This document shows positions 23,501 to 48,600 of a stretch of 64,000 nt of DNA, piece by piece. Source of the stretch: Lingula anatina (taxonomy: Eukaryota; Animalia; Brachiopoda); assembly GCA_051362555.1 (NCBI GenBank), contig CM120641.1, positions 46,630,401 through 46,694,400 of the forward strand, written 5' to 3'. The notes beneath the pieces were generated by a model that ran no database searches, was not told where the DNA came from, and saw only the letters and a list, made by a program, of their open reading frames with translations. How positions within the stretch are numbered: the stretch's first letter is position 1; every line of letters begins with the position of its first letter. The position numbers were made by a program, and so were the translations under genes.

Positions 23501-25867
23501 GGAAGTCGTCTCTGCTGCTGTTGTAGTCGTTGCGGTAGAAGTTGTTGTATCTTGTGCTGTGGAAGTCGTCTCTGCTGCTGTTGTAGTCGTTGCGGTAGAA
23601 GTTGTTGTATCTTGTGCTGTGGAAGTCGTCTCTGCTGCTGTTGTAGTCGTTGCAGTAGAAGTTGTTGTATCTTGTGGTGTGCTAGTCGTCTCTGCTGCTT
23701 TCTCAGACGCTTCTGTAGAAGTAGACGCTGTTGCCTCTGGTGATGAGCTAGTCGTCTCTGCTGCTGAAGTAGACGCTGTAGTAGACGTTGTTGTCTCTGG
23801 TGATGAGCTAGTCGTCTCTGCTACTGTAGTAGTCGTTGCACTAGAAGAAGTTGTATCTTGTGCTTTGCTAGTCGTCTCTGTTGCTTTCTCAGACGCTGTA
23901 GTAGAAGGAATGTCTGGTGATGAGCTAGTCGTCTCTGCTGCTGTAGTAGTCGTTGCAGTAGAAGTTGTATCTGGTGCTGTGGTAGTCGTCTCTGCTGCTG
24001 TAGTGGACGCTGTAGTAGACGTTGTTGTTTCTGGTGATGAGCTAGACGTCTCTGCTGCTGTAGTTGTCGCTGTAGTAGACGTTGTCTCTGGTGATGAGCT
24101 AGTCGTCTCTGCTTCTGTAGTAGTCGTTGCGGTAGAAGTATCTTGTGCTGTGGTAGTCGTCTTTGCTGCTGTAGTAGTCGTTGCGGTAGAAATAGTCTCT
24201 GGTGATGAACTAGTCGTCTCTGCTGCTGTAGTAGACGCTGTAGTAGACGTTGTTGTCTCTGGTGATGAGCTAGTCGTCTCTGCTTCTGTAGTAGTCGTTG
24301 CGGTAGAAGAAGTTGTATCTTGTGCTGTGGAAGTCGTCTCTGCTGCTGTTGTAGTCGTTGCGGTAGAAGTTGTTGTATCTTGTGCTGTGCTAGTTGTCTC
24401 TGCTGCTTTCTCAGACGCTTCTGTAGAAGTAGACGCTGTTGCTTCTGGTGATGAGCTAGTCGTCTCTGCTGCTGTAGTAGACGCTGTAGTAGACGTTGTT
24501 GTCTCTGGTGATGAGCTAGTCGTCTCTGCTACTGTAGTAGTCGTTGCGGTAGAAGTTGTTGTATCTTGTGCTGTGGAAGTCGTCTCTGCTGCTGTTGTAG
24601 TCGTTGCGGTAGAAGTTGTTGTATCTTGTGCTGTGCTAGTTGTCTCTGCTGCTTTCTCAGACGCTTCTGTAGAAGAAGACGCTGTTGCCTCTGGTGATGA
24701 GCTAGTCGTCTCTGCTGCTGTAGTAGACGCTGTAGTAGACGTTGTTGTCTCTGGTGATGAGCTAGTCGTCTCTGCTACTGTAGTAGTCGTTGCGGTAGAA
24801 GAAGTTGTATCTTGTGCTGTGCTAGTCGTCTCTGCTGCTTTCTCAAACGCTGCAGTAGAAGTAATGTCTGGTGATGAGCTAGTTGTCTCTACTACTGTAG
24901 TAGTCGTTGCGGTAGAAGTTGTTGTATCTTGTGCTGTGGTAGTCGTTTCTGCTACTGTAGTAGATGCTGCAGGAGCCGAAGTTGTCTCTGGTGATGAGCT
25001 AGTCGTCTCTACTACTGTAGTAGTCGTTGCGGTAGACGTTGTTGTATCTTGTGCTGCGGTAGTCGTTTCTGCATCTGTAGTAGTCGTTGCAGTAGAAATA
25101 GTCTCTGGTGATGAACTAGTCGTCTCTGCTGCTGTAGTTGACGCTGTAGTAGACGTTGTTGTCTCTGGTGATGAGCTTGTCGTCTCTGCTGCTGTAGTAG
25201 ACCATGTAGTAGACGTTGTTGTCTCTGGTAATGAGCTAGTCGTCTCTGCTACTGTAGTAGTCGTTGCGCTAGAAGAAGTTGTATCTTGTGCTGTGGAAGT
25301 CGTCTCTGCTGCTGTTGTAGTCATTGCGGTAGAAGTTGTTGTATCTTGTGCTGTGCTAGTTGTCTCTGCTGCTTTCTCAGACGCTTCTGTAGAAGTAGAC
25401 GCTGTTGCCTCTGGTGATGAGCTAGTCGTCTCTGCTGCTGAAGTAGACGCTGTAGTAGACGTTGTTGTCTCTGGTGATGAGCTAGTCGTCTCTGCTACTG
25501 TAGTAGTCGTTGCGCTAGAAGTAGTTGTTTCTTGTGCCGTGGTAGTCGCCTCTGCTGCTGTAGTAGACGCTAGGGTAGACGTTGTTGTCTCTGGTGATGC
25601 GCTGTTCTTTGCATCTGTAGCAGTTGCTGCTGAAGAAGACACCCTTTGCGCTGTGCCAGTTGTCTCTAATGTTTTGTTATTTGACGTTGGTTTTGCTGTG
25701 TTCATAAAATTTGTTTGTGCTGACGTTACAGATGGCGCTGGCTTTGTTTGGGTACTTGTTGCAACAGACGGTGCGATAGTTGATGAAAATGATGATTGTG
25801 TTGATACTATGGTACTCGTTGATGTTATACAAATGAAAGCAGCGGTAATTAAGGCTGTGTGACTCAT
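13934..25867 (-). CDS. Giant transmembrane mucin: signal peptide, Thr/Ser/Ala/Glu repeat domain, SEA domain, EGF-like region, TM helix, Tyr-rich tail (MUC3/12/17-like)
   Basis: Phase-compatible exons 25867-18508, ~18000-17897, ~17697-17639, 17188-16965, 16749-16563, 16350-16144, 15877-15555, 15219-15107, 14233-14171 and 13954-13934. N-terminus MSHTALITAAFICITST; SEA-type motif INKVSCGSLKVNY; Cys-rich FCQNDGICEH..VKCKC..HGDRCQ; TM LIIVLSAVGGAVVLVVLVIVIACVV followed by RRKRR; end NYENVDTSQKITIQRPSY...DGITHL*. Confidence 0.88.
14307..14858. mobile_element. Non-autonomous TIR element with TTAA target duplication (Kolobok-like MITE) in a mucin intron
   Basis: TTAA|GAAGCCAAGTCAGCAAGCATTGAGCTT ... 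AAGCTCAATGCTTGCTGACTTGGCCTC|TTAA, a ~27-bp TIR with one mismatch. Purine-purine termini fit Kolobok better than piggyBac. Confidence 0.8.
16018..16063. repeat. (AAG)n microsatellite
   Basis: Direct reading of the sequence. Confidence 0.9.
17520..17562. repeat. (AAT)n microsatellite
   Basis: Direct reading of the sequence. Confidence 0.9.
18780..25600 (-). repeat. Coding minisatellite of 57-66 bp units (19-22 aa) with higher-order duplications
   Basis: Units AETTSSSPETTTSTTASTTA, AETTSTAQDTTTSTATTTTA and AETTSSSPEATASTSTEASEKA. Blocks 1209 bp apart give identical ORF-track translations (22283 and 23492). Confidence 0.97.
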
Positions 25868-26687
25868 TTTAACCTGAAAAGACACATAAAAATGGAAGTG
25901 TAATAAGATCAGCATAGAAATTTGGATGAAAAAAATTTTAACTTATCAATTTGTTTTTTTTTCATAGATTTTTTCATAGAATGGCTGTATGATAATATTT
26001 ACTTTATGTCACGTATGAAAAAAGAATTCCACACGTACGATCGAATATATATTTCGAAAATGACATGATTATAAACAAAGAGCACAAATCCAAGCCGAGG
26101 TATCTACAAAGATATCACAGGGTATTAACTGGGTTTAGTTATCTTCCTAACGAAACATGATCTGAATACAGCTGGGGTTGCATTCACAGCCCCTGACAAC
26201 TGCTGCCAACCAATCATACTGCATAATTCAAACGACGCATATATTCCATTCTTTTTCCTTACAAAGTTACTACAAATATGGCACTGTAAAATATTCGTTG
26301 TCCTTTTTCTTTTTTTTAAGTAAAAGGGTAGTTTTAAATTATAGTCTCAGAAAACACAAAAAAGATGTATATAAGGGTCCCATTATGATTATCTTAGATA
26401 TCAATCTACGTAGTTTACAGGTAACAAGGGGACCACAGATGTTGTTGTAAAGGGCGGTCTGTGTGTAATGCGACCATTGTACATATATGCCTATTTTATC
26501 TAACCTACATGATAATGCCAATCAATGGATATATCGATAAATAAAGGTAATGCCTTTAGCTTTTTTTAGCCAGATAGCATCGGTAAACGATATCAGTCGA
26601 CTTTACAGACTGTCTGTTTTTTTTCTGTCCAATACTGCAACGACCTCACCTCTCAGGGGAGCAGATAACCAAGCAGTGACACACATG

Positions 26688-27375
26688 TACGTGGCACTCA
26701 CGAGTTATTATTAAAGATAACCATGGGAATAAATTGGATTATTAAAAATTACTTTTAGCACTACCGTACGACTAGGTGTTTACCCCCTGTCTCTTCCTCT
26801 ATATACCGCCTTCTATGCCAGGAGACAGCAGGACCCAGTTTCACAGTCTTATACATGATCGTGGAAAAACAAATCCACGACTTCCTGGTCTTCTACACTA
26901 GTAGAGCTACCCGCCTAGTATATGTATTGGGCATTGATATTCAGTTTTAAACCTCATGATATGAGGATATATAAAATGAAGGTTTTTTTTTCAGAAAATA
27001 GTATTATGTTAAAAAATCTTTTAAATTAAACTAAAAGTTATATACGTGGCACTCCCGAGTTATTATAAAAAATAACCATGGGAATAAATTGGATTACTAA
27101 AATTATCTTAAGCACTACCGTACGACCAGGTGTTTACCCCCTGTCTCTTCCTCTATATACCGCATTCTATGCCAGAAGACAGCAGGACCCAGTTTCACAG
27201 TTTTAAACATGGACGTGGAAGACAAATCCACGACTTCCTGGTCTTCTACACTAGTAGAGCTACCCGCCGAGTATATTGGGCACAGATTTTCAGTCTTACA
27301 CCTCATGATATGAGGATATATAAAATGAATTTATGTTTTTTTTTTCAGAAAATATTTCTGTTTAAAATCTTTGGA
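26688..27375. repeat. Diverged tandem duplication, 2 x ~355 bp, upstream of the mucin start exon
   Basis: TACGTGGCACTC.CGAGTTATTAT..AA.ATAACCATGGGAATAAATTGGATT starts at 26688 and 27043 and stays collinear through CCTCATGATATGAGGATATATAAAATGAA. Confidence 0.9.
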
Positions 27376-29604
27376 AACAAATTAAACATACAGACACCAA
27401 ACTGAAAAAACATTGCAACAATAACTATTAGAAAGTTAAAAAACAACTTTTGTACAAATAATCCGTTTGCGATGACTTTCAAAATGGAACTGCCCTTTTT
27501 CCCTAAACATAGTCACTTAGCATTACAAATTTATTATGCTGATTTTAAGAAAGGAAACTTTTTTTAACCAAATAAAGTCACTCAAAACTTTTAAGTAAAA
27601 TACGTTCAGGCAATAATGGGGTGAACAGATGTTTCGGACAGCATCTGCGACTAGCCGGACAGACACACTGATCAAAATAAATTCGGACACCTGTGGTGTC
27701 TGCATATACATATAAAAAACACACCCTTAGCAAAATAAAAAGTTTGCAGCAATATTACAACAATACTGCAACAATATTGCTGCAAACTAAAAGTTTAAAA
27801 TACGCATGCAAGGAGGTTACTATTTTGATGTAATGAAAGTCCGTTTTTTTTCTGAGGAAATGTCCGCAGTTTTCAGGCAAATACGTTTTTCCCAGAACTT
27901 AGACCTAAGTGTATCTCATATATATTCCATGTAAGGACTTGACCCGCCTTTCAACCCTACATAGTTTCCCAGAAATGTTCATCTTTATGAAACACACGAC
28001 CAGAAAATTATGAGATGAATGATATGAAATTACAAGCAAAATTTTCACCAGAAGTGTTCTACCTTTGTAAGAATATTCCTATTACGCTGTTTTTCTTTTC
28101 CTAACTTATAGACTAAGATTTTACAATAAAATCTTCCCATCCTATTCTTAGTGAGACATAAATGTGGTAATAGTTTATATTTTTCTCGTGAATGTTCAGT
28201 TTTGACTACACACAATTCGCGCAAAATTGTTTATCATTGCGAAAGATCGTTTTAGATTATTGACTGTTTTGATCCATAGTACTGAAGTTTGTTTTTGATT
28301 AAATGTTCCATTTTATGGTAATAACACACATAAGTCATAAAGGTGGCGTAAACTTTTAAAGCTGTTTGACTTCTTTAACTCTAAAGTTTAAGGGACAAAC
28401 AAGACAAAAGAGCCCAGTTATTGATAACCATTCTATAGCTATAAATTGTTTTAAACGTAATTTCAAAAAATCAATCGCTACCAAAGAAATGTGAAAATTC
28501 AAGCTCACTCATTGTGGCTTATAGAAACGCAAGATCTTTATGAAATTCAGTGGATATATTTTTAGAATGAGGCATTAAAGTGAAGTTAATATTGAATATA
28601 CATGTATATAGTTACGTTGATGCGTTATGTGTAGTATTTGGCGTCAATATGTTGCCTTTCCACCTTTAATTAATTGTTGTGCTTTAACACGAAAATCATT
28701 TTGAGCAAGCAAAGGAGTTAAGTTTAGACGTCGGTCAGTTATATATTGTATGTAATCCCTTAATGAAGCAAGCAACAGCAGTTACACAAGATGGGAACGA
28801 ATGTTAATAATAATAATATAATGATAATAACAATAAGGGAATTGTGAAATAAAATAATTTTCATAATTGATTGAAAGAATGAAATGGAACAACTTTAACT
28901 TACGTTTCGAGTTTAGCCTTCGTTAATCCTTTTTTGAGTATAGGACCACTGATGGCCTATTCCAGATTCCTTTTTTCTTTTTAACAATTTTTGTTAGAGT
29001 CACCCTTAAATGCTGTAGCCCGAGGGCTCAGTGCACAAAAATGAACCTGATTCAAACGCTGTGATATTTCCTCTGTCAACTGATTCACTCCCCTGTCACC
29101 TAGGTACTGTATGTGTCATACCGATATCATGTGTGGTCCATTCTGATAAACTAATCCGTTAAACCAGAGCTTACTTTCAGTATTACACCTCCAGATATAT
29201 TGGTGAACTGATAACCCACGTAATTTATCTGAAATGGGCTGGGCCGTGTTTATTGGCGTAATTCATGATTTCAAAGAAAACCACGCTCTTGTCTCGGTCT
29301 TGTCTCATTTCCTTTGGAGAAGAATTGACATAAAGATATGCAGTGTCAACACGGATATTTGTCGTTCAATACCGCGCCATGCTCTGACAACAGACATGTT
29401 ATAAACCACGTATTACCTCACAGGCAGATAAGGGGTATGGGTATCACCCCCCCTTCAGTTGTCTTCGTAAATAGTGCTTTTTCGGGTGTTTTGCAAAACT
29501 GAGTACATATTTGTTGGCTCAAACGTATGTCCTATATGTCTTTTCAAAGAGAAATCAGCTGAAGTTTTGAATTCGCCAATTCGCTATTGAAAAGAGCGGG
29601 TCGT

Positions 29605-29760
29605 GGGACATCATTGGTCCGTAGGTTCATTGGTCCGAAAAGTGGTAACACTTTCATCGATTTTTTAATCAAGGGTCCATTGGTCCGAAGGTTGTATAGT
29701 GAACATTCGGACCAATGAACCTTCGGACTATTGAACCTTCGGAATATCGTTGGACAGCCC
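29605..29760. mobile_element. Short palindromic MITE-like repeat (CATTGGTCCGAAGGTT sub-repeats)
   Basis: TTCATTGGTCCGAA arms are mirrored by TTCGGACCAATGAACC arms. A related copy lies at ~62778-62938. Confidence 0.6.
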
Positions 29761-30389
29761 CTTTTGCCCCCCCCCCCCCCCCCCCCCCCCCCTCCCAACA
29801 CAGGCATGTGATCAAACAATATGTTATGTAAAACATCCGAATGTACCCGGTAGTCATAAGAGGGGAGTGGTTTGAGCTTTATGAGGTTCCCACAGTAGAA
29901 ATAATTCCTTGACCCTAGTTGATGAATAAGTTACCGGTACTTTCCTTCATTCCAGCTGCTGACCTTAGCCGGTACACAGGGCCGATGTTATTGCGTGTGG
30001 AGTAAGACAAATTGCTTTGTTTGCCCTAGCATATGCTTTCACTGCTTATCTGGGAAAAAAACATCGTGTTGTTCAACTCGGTTTTATTCTATCACCTTGG
30101 TTTTCTTTAGAAGCTAAGTTCCTTATCAGTTTGTGTTGATACATTTCCCAAATCACCTGCTTCACCTTAGAACCAAAGGTATTTATTTTTAGGCTAATTC
30201 CTTTAAAAACTGTTGGGACAGTCTTGTGACATTTATTATAGCTATCAATAAAGAAAATTCTTTCCAGAAATTCATTTTAAAGTTTAAATTGTCTTAGCGA
30301 ATTAAAAAGTTAAACCTTAAACATGCACCTTTGAGGTTCCTTTACCTTACAAACTTTCCATTGCAGCCATGTCCTGGTATTCAGATGAT

Positions 30390-30410
30390 AATAAATAAAA
30401 TAAAATAAAA

Positions 30411-30453
<43 letters not shown>

Positions 30454-30455
30454 AT
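30390..30455. repeat. (AAAT)n/(AAAAT)n microsatellite
   Basis: Direct reading of the sequence. Confidence 0.9.
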
Positions 30456-30894
30456 GATAATATTAGTTAATAATCGAATGATTGAAAAGACAATGAATGA
30501 TGAAATGAATAAACACAATGAAAATGCTAATAGAAAATTACTTCACGAATTTATAAAAAAAAAATATTTGCTAGTTCAATGTTAAAGGCACACAGTGAGC
30601 TTTATTTATAAGACCTATAGATAGAGAAAATAAATAAAATTAATTTATTAAATAAATTGATTATTTAATAATTATTAATTCTCTTGCAAATTTCAGCCAT
30701 CCCATTTTCGCAAAGGTTACAAACTTTTATATCCTATCCATACTAGTAGAGAAAATTACGATCTGCAAACCTGTTTCCATTTATTAATGTCTAATTTAAG
30801 CTTCAAGAATGACTTTTACCAGATTTTACACTAGTAAAAAAATCAGGGTTGCGTTGACTTCAGCAGCAATTTTGATTTCACAACTATCGCAATC

Positions 30895-31160
30895 TCTCTT
30901 GGCGCGAAAGTGTGGCACCGGCTTTCAAAAACCGCAGCACGACAGCAGATCAGAAGCATCATAGCATATTTTAAGACATTCTTTCTTCCATACTTATATT
31001 GTTTTTTCTTCCTATGCCATATGACACTTTTCTTCCAGTATCCTAATTGAAAAACCCTGTTATTCAAAAAAGGTTCAGCAATTTGCAAAATCTAGTTCAC
31101 AGCAAAATAAAAGCGACTTTATCAATGGCCGGATTTTCACCGCTCAGCCAATCAACGCTT
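30895..31160 (+). promoter_or_regulatory. KPNB1 promoter region with an E2F-type site and a CCAAT box
   Basis: TTGGCGCGAAA at ~30899-30909 (reverse complement TTTCGCGCCAA). AGCCAATCA at ~31146-31154. CpG-enriched and just upstream of the ATG at 31321. Confidence 0.5.
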
Positions 31161-31320
31161 AGCTTTTTTAGGGCTAAGGCTAGAAGTCATACCATATTCA
31201 TTCGCGACCTCCACATGTTGGGCCGTGGGCAGAGGAAAAGTTGATGAAAATAATTTCTTTGTATTGATTTAGCCAGTCCATAAATCCTTGGGGGTCGCGA
31301 ACCGCTTTAGAGGAGAGAAG

Positions 31321-42870
<11,550 letters not shown>

Positions 42871-45686
42871 GAACAACATTTGATGCATTGGACAAACTGA
42901 AGATGAGCCCAAGGAGAGAGGAGTTTCGTGGCTCAACGAATGCGAGGTGTGTGCGTGAGTGTATGCATGGTGCCTCATACATCATTCTGATCATGATGAG
43001 AGTTGACAAGACAAGACAAGCAGTCTGCTGCTGCTGCTTCATTTGTCCTGGAAATAAAAGAGGGCACATATGGTTATATAACATTAAAACCCACCCTTAC
43101 CTCCAGCACCAGAGCCGAGGTGATGGAACATACTGGATGCTGATTGTTATCATGCCAGACTCTAATACACACGGACCTGGGTATGACGTCATCGTAATAA
43201 CAGTTTTTAAAAAACTTGTTATGAGTTTTCAACCAGAAGCATCATCTGTGAGTGAATGAATGAGAGTGATCGATCACGCTGTATGCAGAGAGAGTGGTGG
43301 TAGTCTCTCTGTCTGAGGATTCTGTTCAACATATAATATTGAGAATCTCACTGTGGAGAAGTGGAGGTGAATGATATCATTGAACTTTGTAATCAGTCGA
43401 GTGTGCTGCCTAGTAGACCCTGGGTAGTTCTTGTGACAGTTTTATCAAACAAATAATGATAATATTGAATTGAGATCTTTGGTTTGGGAGGATTAAGGGG
43501 ATACTCTGATCATGTATCATGTCCAAATATTTTATTCTGACCAATGGACCTGAAAGTGCGCCTAGAGTTTGGTTAGCATATAAAATTCCACCCATGGCTG
43601 GAAGTATTTGGGCAACATTTGCCTCTATATAATTAAACAACACATGACTTTTTGCCGTCTTAAATCCAAAATCCAAAACGGTGTGTCATATTCAGATATA
43701 TGACTAGTGCCAAAAGAAATTTATCTCAGAAAAACTTATGGCAAGATAAGCTCATTCTGCTTCACAGATACTGCTACCTCTTCGTAATAATGGTTAATGG
43801 CCACCTCGTCCACTGGTCACAGAATCGTAGGAATCGTCCGAGATAGCCCAGTGGTTCTTATAACATAGCATGAAATTGGGCAAGATTTCATTGGATTTAG
43901 AGAAGTAGGATCAGAGATGACTCGGACAAGCAACTGCAGCATGGGAAAGAATATATCCAAGGTTGTTTTTTTTTTTTGCCCCACTACATGCAGTTTCTCT
44001 GCAGGTTTTGTAGTCTTGTGCTGACAGCCTCTCTTTAGAACATCTTGCAGGATTTCCATTGGTTGTCTCAGTAGAGAGGTGACTAGTTCCATGGTATTAT
44101 TTCCTCCCGCATCCCCCCCACAGTGGTCACAGGGCTATAGAGATCATACGGATCTGTACCCATTGATGAGTGAATGCATGAATGTCCCCCATTCTTCATA
44201 GAACATGTGAGAATGTTGTTAGTGTAACTTGGTACGATCATCTGTTCTGTCAAATGTATAAGTTTACTTTATGTTTATGTTATGTGTATGTTATGTATAG
44301 GTTTCCTAATGGATGGGACTGTAGTATATTAAATGAACCTATCTTGAACTTGATACACTTACATCTCTTTATTCTCTTTTTGTGTAAAATACTGTAAATC
44401 GCTTGTTATGCAGGTGAGGCTACCAAAAATCTTGCTTGATCTTCAGTAAAACTTGTCACAAACTTGGAGAATATTTAAGTTGGCATAAAGATTGTCATTT
44501 CCTCTCTCCATGACTGGCATGGATTAAAGCAGTTTGATTCTCTTGAATGCTTTGGCAGTTTATGCATTTCCCCCCCCCCCCCCCCCCCCCGAGACCGTAG
44601 CCACCATAAATAGCAATTTTCTTGTTATTAGTTTGAAAGTGCATCATATTTATTGATATTTTACAATTGACAGACATACTGCACTTATTTTCATATTAAG
44701 GTAATATGTTCACAACATTGTCAAATAACACTGGCTTCAAATTGCAGTGTAACATGAAAAACAATGCTATCCTTAAAGTGTTACAGTGTAGTTTTACTAC
44801 CAATTCTGAGTCTGATTTTGCCATTGAATCAGAACATTTGATGATACTGTTGTGATTCTAAAATTTCAAGTTCTCAGGTCCTGATACTTTGTGTAAGCTA
44901 GTTAAAAGGACCATTAAGATGATGGTTTCCATAGAAAACAATTCTAGAGGTTGAATTAATAGCAGTGAATACTTTCCCTGTCTGCAGGCCAGATAATTTG
45001 CTACTTGGAAGTTTTTCTTGGTTCATTTCAGAACATTGCATATTGTTTCTCCAGTTACTCAGTTTACACAATGCAGTAGAGTAATTTGCCAAATGCATTA
45101 AAACTGTAAATTGCCTCAGTTTGTTTTCCTGCAGATTCCGATTTGTCAAAATATTTGAATAAACTATGTTATGCAGATGCTTTAATCGGATTGGAGTTCT
45201 TTTTTAAGCGTATGCACTGCTTTGAAAGTGTGTTTGACTTTGTTAAGACTATTTACTTGCAATGCAAGACTCCAATCAACAGCTGGGAAAATTTTCTTAC
45301 GAAGACATCAGAATCCAGTCTTGCCTGACAAGTTTAAAATAAAACCAAAATGAAATTGAACTAACTTAGTGAAAAAATGTATCTTCTGATAAACGAGCAC
45401 ATCCACTGCAAATGATTTTTCAAATTCTAAAAATGACTGAAAAAGGAAAATGTACACTTTTGGAAAATCTTGTCTGAGAACTGCAAAGAAACTGGTACAT
45501 TTTAGTTTTCTTTAAACTCTAGGTCCATAATAAGGACATCTTGTTCCAACAAGCCTATAGTCGCCAAGTGCTAAATGTCAGTTTTAAAAACTTGATGAAT
45601 GTAGTTCAATATCCAGTAGTTTGTCACGCTGCTTTCATGTTATCTTTGAAATTGATCCTTTTTGTCTTGAAGATTGCTGACATACT

Positions 45687-48600
45687 TCAAAATTCCTTCT
45701 TGATATCTAAAAAATTAAATACCACATAATTATAATGAAATTTCAAAAAATTATCAAAAAATAATATATGTACAGGAATTCAAAAATGCTAATCTTTATA
45801 ATTGTCTGAAACCTCCACCTGAGAAGACTAATTTCACTCCATTTTACATGTTTTCATATCACTTTCATCTTAAAAAAGCATAAAACTTGGAACTAATAGT
45901 ACCTGAGACAGAAACTGCTCATTTACAGAAAGTCCGAAAAAATAAGAAGCTTAAATCTGCAAATTCTTGACTTGCTTGGCCGCTCCAAAAACTTACCACT
46001 TTGTTCTATAAGCTTGCCTTTCCAAGACCCCGCCAGCTTGTGAACAAATTTGTCAAATATTTCTGCATATTCTTTCAGGCTGGTTCTTTTATAGTCTAAA
46101 AGAAAACATCAATATTTCATTATAAAAGAGAGAGAGAAATAAAGTAAAAAATCCAAGCTGGTGTTTTACATCAAAAAGTTGCTAAAACTGTTCATCTTAA
46201 AAAAACTCTTTGCAGGATTTTCCTAAGGACAAAATAATTTTCTTCTTTTCATGGATCTTTTGCTCAACTCTCATTCGCACCATTTCAAATTTAATAACTA
46301 TTTTAACAAGCAATTATTCATTTAGACCACCATGTCTACTGACATTTCAGAGGGAAATATCTCAATTAAAGTGCTTTATCACTTTTAAGATATGAATTGG
46401 GAAAGATGAGTAGCCTTGCACGATAGTTAGACACAAATGTGCCTTTGGAAGAAACTTTTATGAAAAACTTATGTATTTTTTCTATCACCTTTTACTCTTT
46501 TCTTAGGATCATCTTCACTCTTGTTTTCCAGTTGGTTCAATTCATCACAAAGCTGACTAAAAATGGGAGAACACTTGGTAGAGAATGTGAGAAAAAAAAT
46601 CCATGCAAAATTTAAAATTTGTCTCCAAAAGACATATACATTGTGTAATACATTGTGTAAGATTCATTAATTCTTTTAAGAATTTTAAAAAACATGAGAA
46701 AAAAACTAAGATATTGACCTAAGCGCAAAAAGTGTTTAAAAATTGGTATTTTATACCACATCATATGACATTTAACAATTCTCAAAATAAGGGGTGTCAA
46801 ATATAGAAGAAGAAAGAACTACAGAGGATGGCCATTTTACCTCAGGGTTGGAACTTTGAACGGATTAAAACTGTCAATCTTCTTAGGGTCCATACTGACA
46901 CACACCCTTCCTAACAAAACATCCAAAATATCAATATGCAGGTAATACATTTTGGTTAAAAGTATGAAAGAGATATTCAAAATGTGTTGTATGTATTAAG
47001 ATAACCCATCCTTGTCTGGCATCGGTAAGTTATCATTTACTGGGGTCGCTAACACTTGCCAATTTAGCCAAATGCTAAAACTTACTTAAATTGGCTAAAG
47101 AAAAAGGGCTTGATTTGACTTGTTTTAGTCAAATTATAACCATTTTGATAACAAATTAACTAAAAATTGGTGATTTGTCTAAACAAAAAAAATTGCTAGC
47201 GCTACCCCAGCATTTACTATTAGAAAAGTCAGAAAAATCTCCAGCAAATTGATCAAGATAGAGTAATGTCAGTTAATGTTCTACCAACTGGTGGCTGACA
47301 ACTTGGCCCTCTTCACCTGACGTTAAAACTAGCAGGCTGTCCACAATTACCTGTCTTAGGGTGAACACAGAATGGGCTCTTCAGTAAATGGTTGATTCCT
47401 TTACTGACGTTAACGTCCAGGCGGGGGTAGCAGTACTGGAGCATTATCTCTTCCATGACGCACCACGACTTCTTGCACTCATTCTGAAATTAAAACGAAG
47501 ACTGATACCTTTTCTCCAAGTGGCACTCAATAATAATAATAATACAGTAGGCTTCACCCAATGAAAAAGCTACATTCGAATTATTTACTTCAAGCCAAAT
47601 TGTTTTTTTTTTTCACTTACAATTCTGTATTCTAGATAAGTAAAATAAAATAAAAAAAAAAGTATCCTGTCTTACATATACTATTTATATTAATCTACAC
47701 AAGAGATCAGTACAGTACACTTATTCTGACTTATCTCCAATAACCAAATTTGAAAATGAAATGAGGCATACTTTGTCTTTAAAATCCTGCTGTCTTTTCT
47801 TCAAGATGGCCCATCTTGCCCTCGAGGACTCGGCTTTAACTTCCTTACAGTCCTCTAGAACTTGGGATCTGACAGGTGACTGGAGTCAAGGAAACATGAG
47901 ACATGGCCCGTGGGGACATCAGGCTGTTATTGATTTAATATCAAACCTTACACTGAAAACTAGACAGTAAAGCTGACAAATATACAGATACCAGACAGAA
48001 AACAAGTTCTCAGTACCCCCTCCTACCTTCACCATTTACAGAAGTGACCTAATTTTATAGAGATTATCAATATAAATCTAAATGATGTAAACCAACTACA
48101 CATTACCCCCTTCCCTCTCCTACTACCACCATTTACTAAAGTGACTTTATTTAACATGGATTATTATATAAACTTTTAACAAATTGTTTTTTTAACTAAT
48201 ACATAACCAATCACAAACTAAACTATTAGCCCATCATCATAAAAGGATATCATCATCTGGGACCAGTGCCAGCACCTTCCCCCACTTCTCCTCTGTTCCA
48301 GCAAAATCTTGCTTACGGATGGCATAATCATCAAAATGATCCTCCACGATATCTATCGCCCTCCTGAAATATTTAATTCAAGTAATATTCACTTGGCGAA
48401 GAATATTCAGAAATGTGCTTTGTCATGCAGCCTGATTCACATTTATTGTCTTTTAATCTTACTTAATTCTTTTACTTAAATATTACAATTCAGATTTTCA
48501 TAAGACTGGCATCAAGACAGCAGCAACTTAATAGTGGAGAATTATAACTGTTCTAATTAATGCTAACTTCTATAAGAAAATGGCAAAAAACATCACTGAG

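Noticed and set aside
22283-23743. Two Cys-rich 83-aa ORFs resembling metallothionein or keratin-associated proteins
   Set aside because: Alternative-frame readings of the mucin repeat, identical only because of the 1209-bp duplication.
18717-25862. Very long Val/Ala/Ser-rich ORFs on the + strand (654 and 1715 aa)
   Set aside because: Antisense shadow of the Thr/Ser/Ala mucin repeat. The minus frame has a signal peptide and splices to SEA/EGF/TM exons.
45834-45868. Alternative PRIM1 last exon ([11 protein letters not shown])
   Set aside because: Exon 45706-45687 (DIKKEF*) matches the known PRIM1 C-terminus pattern much better.
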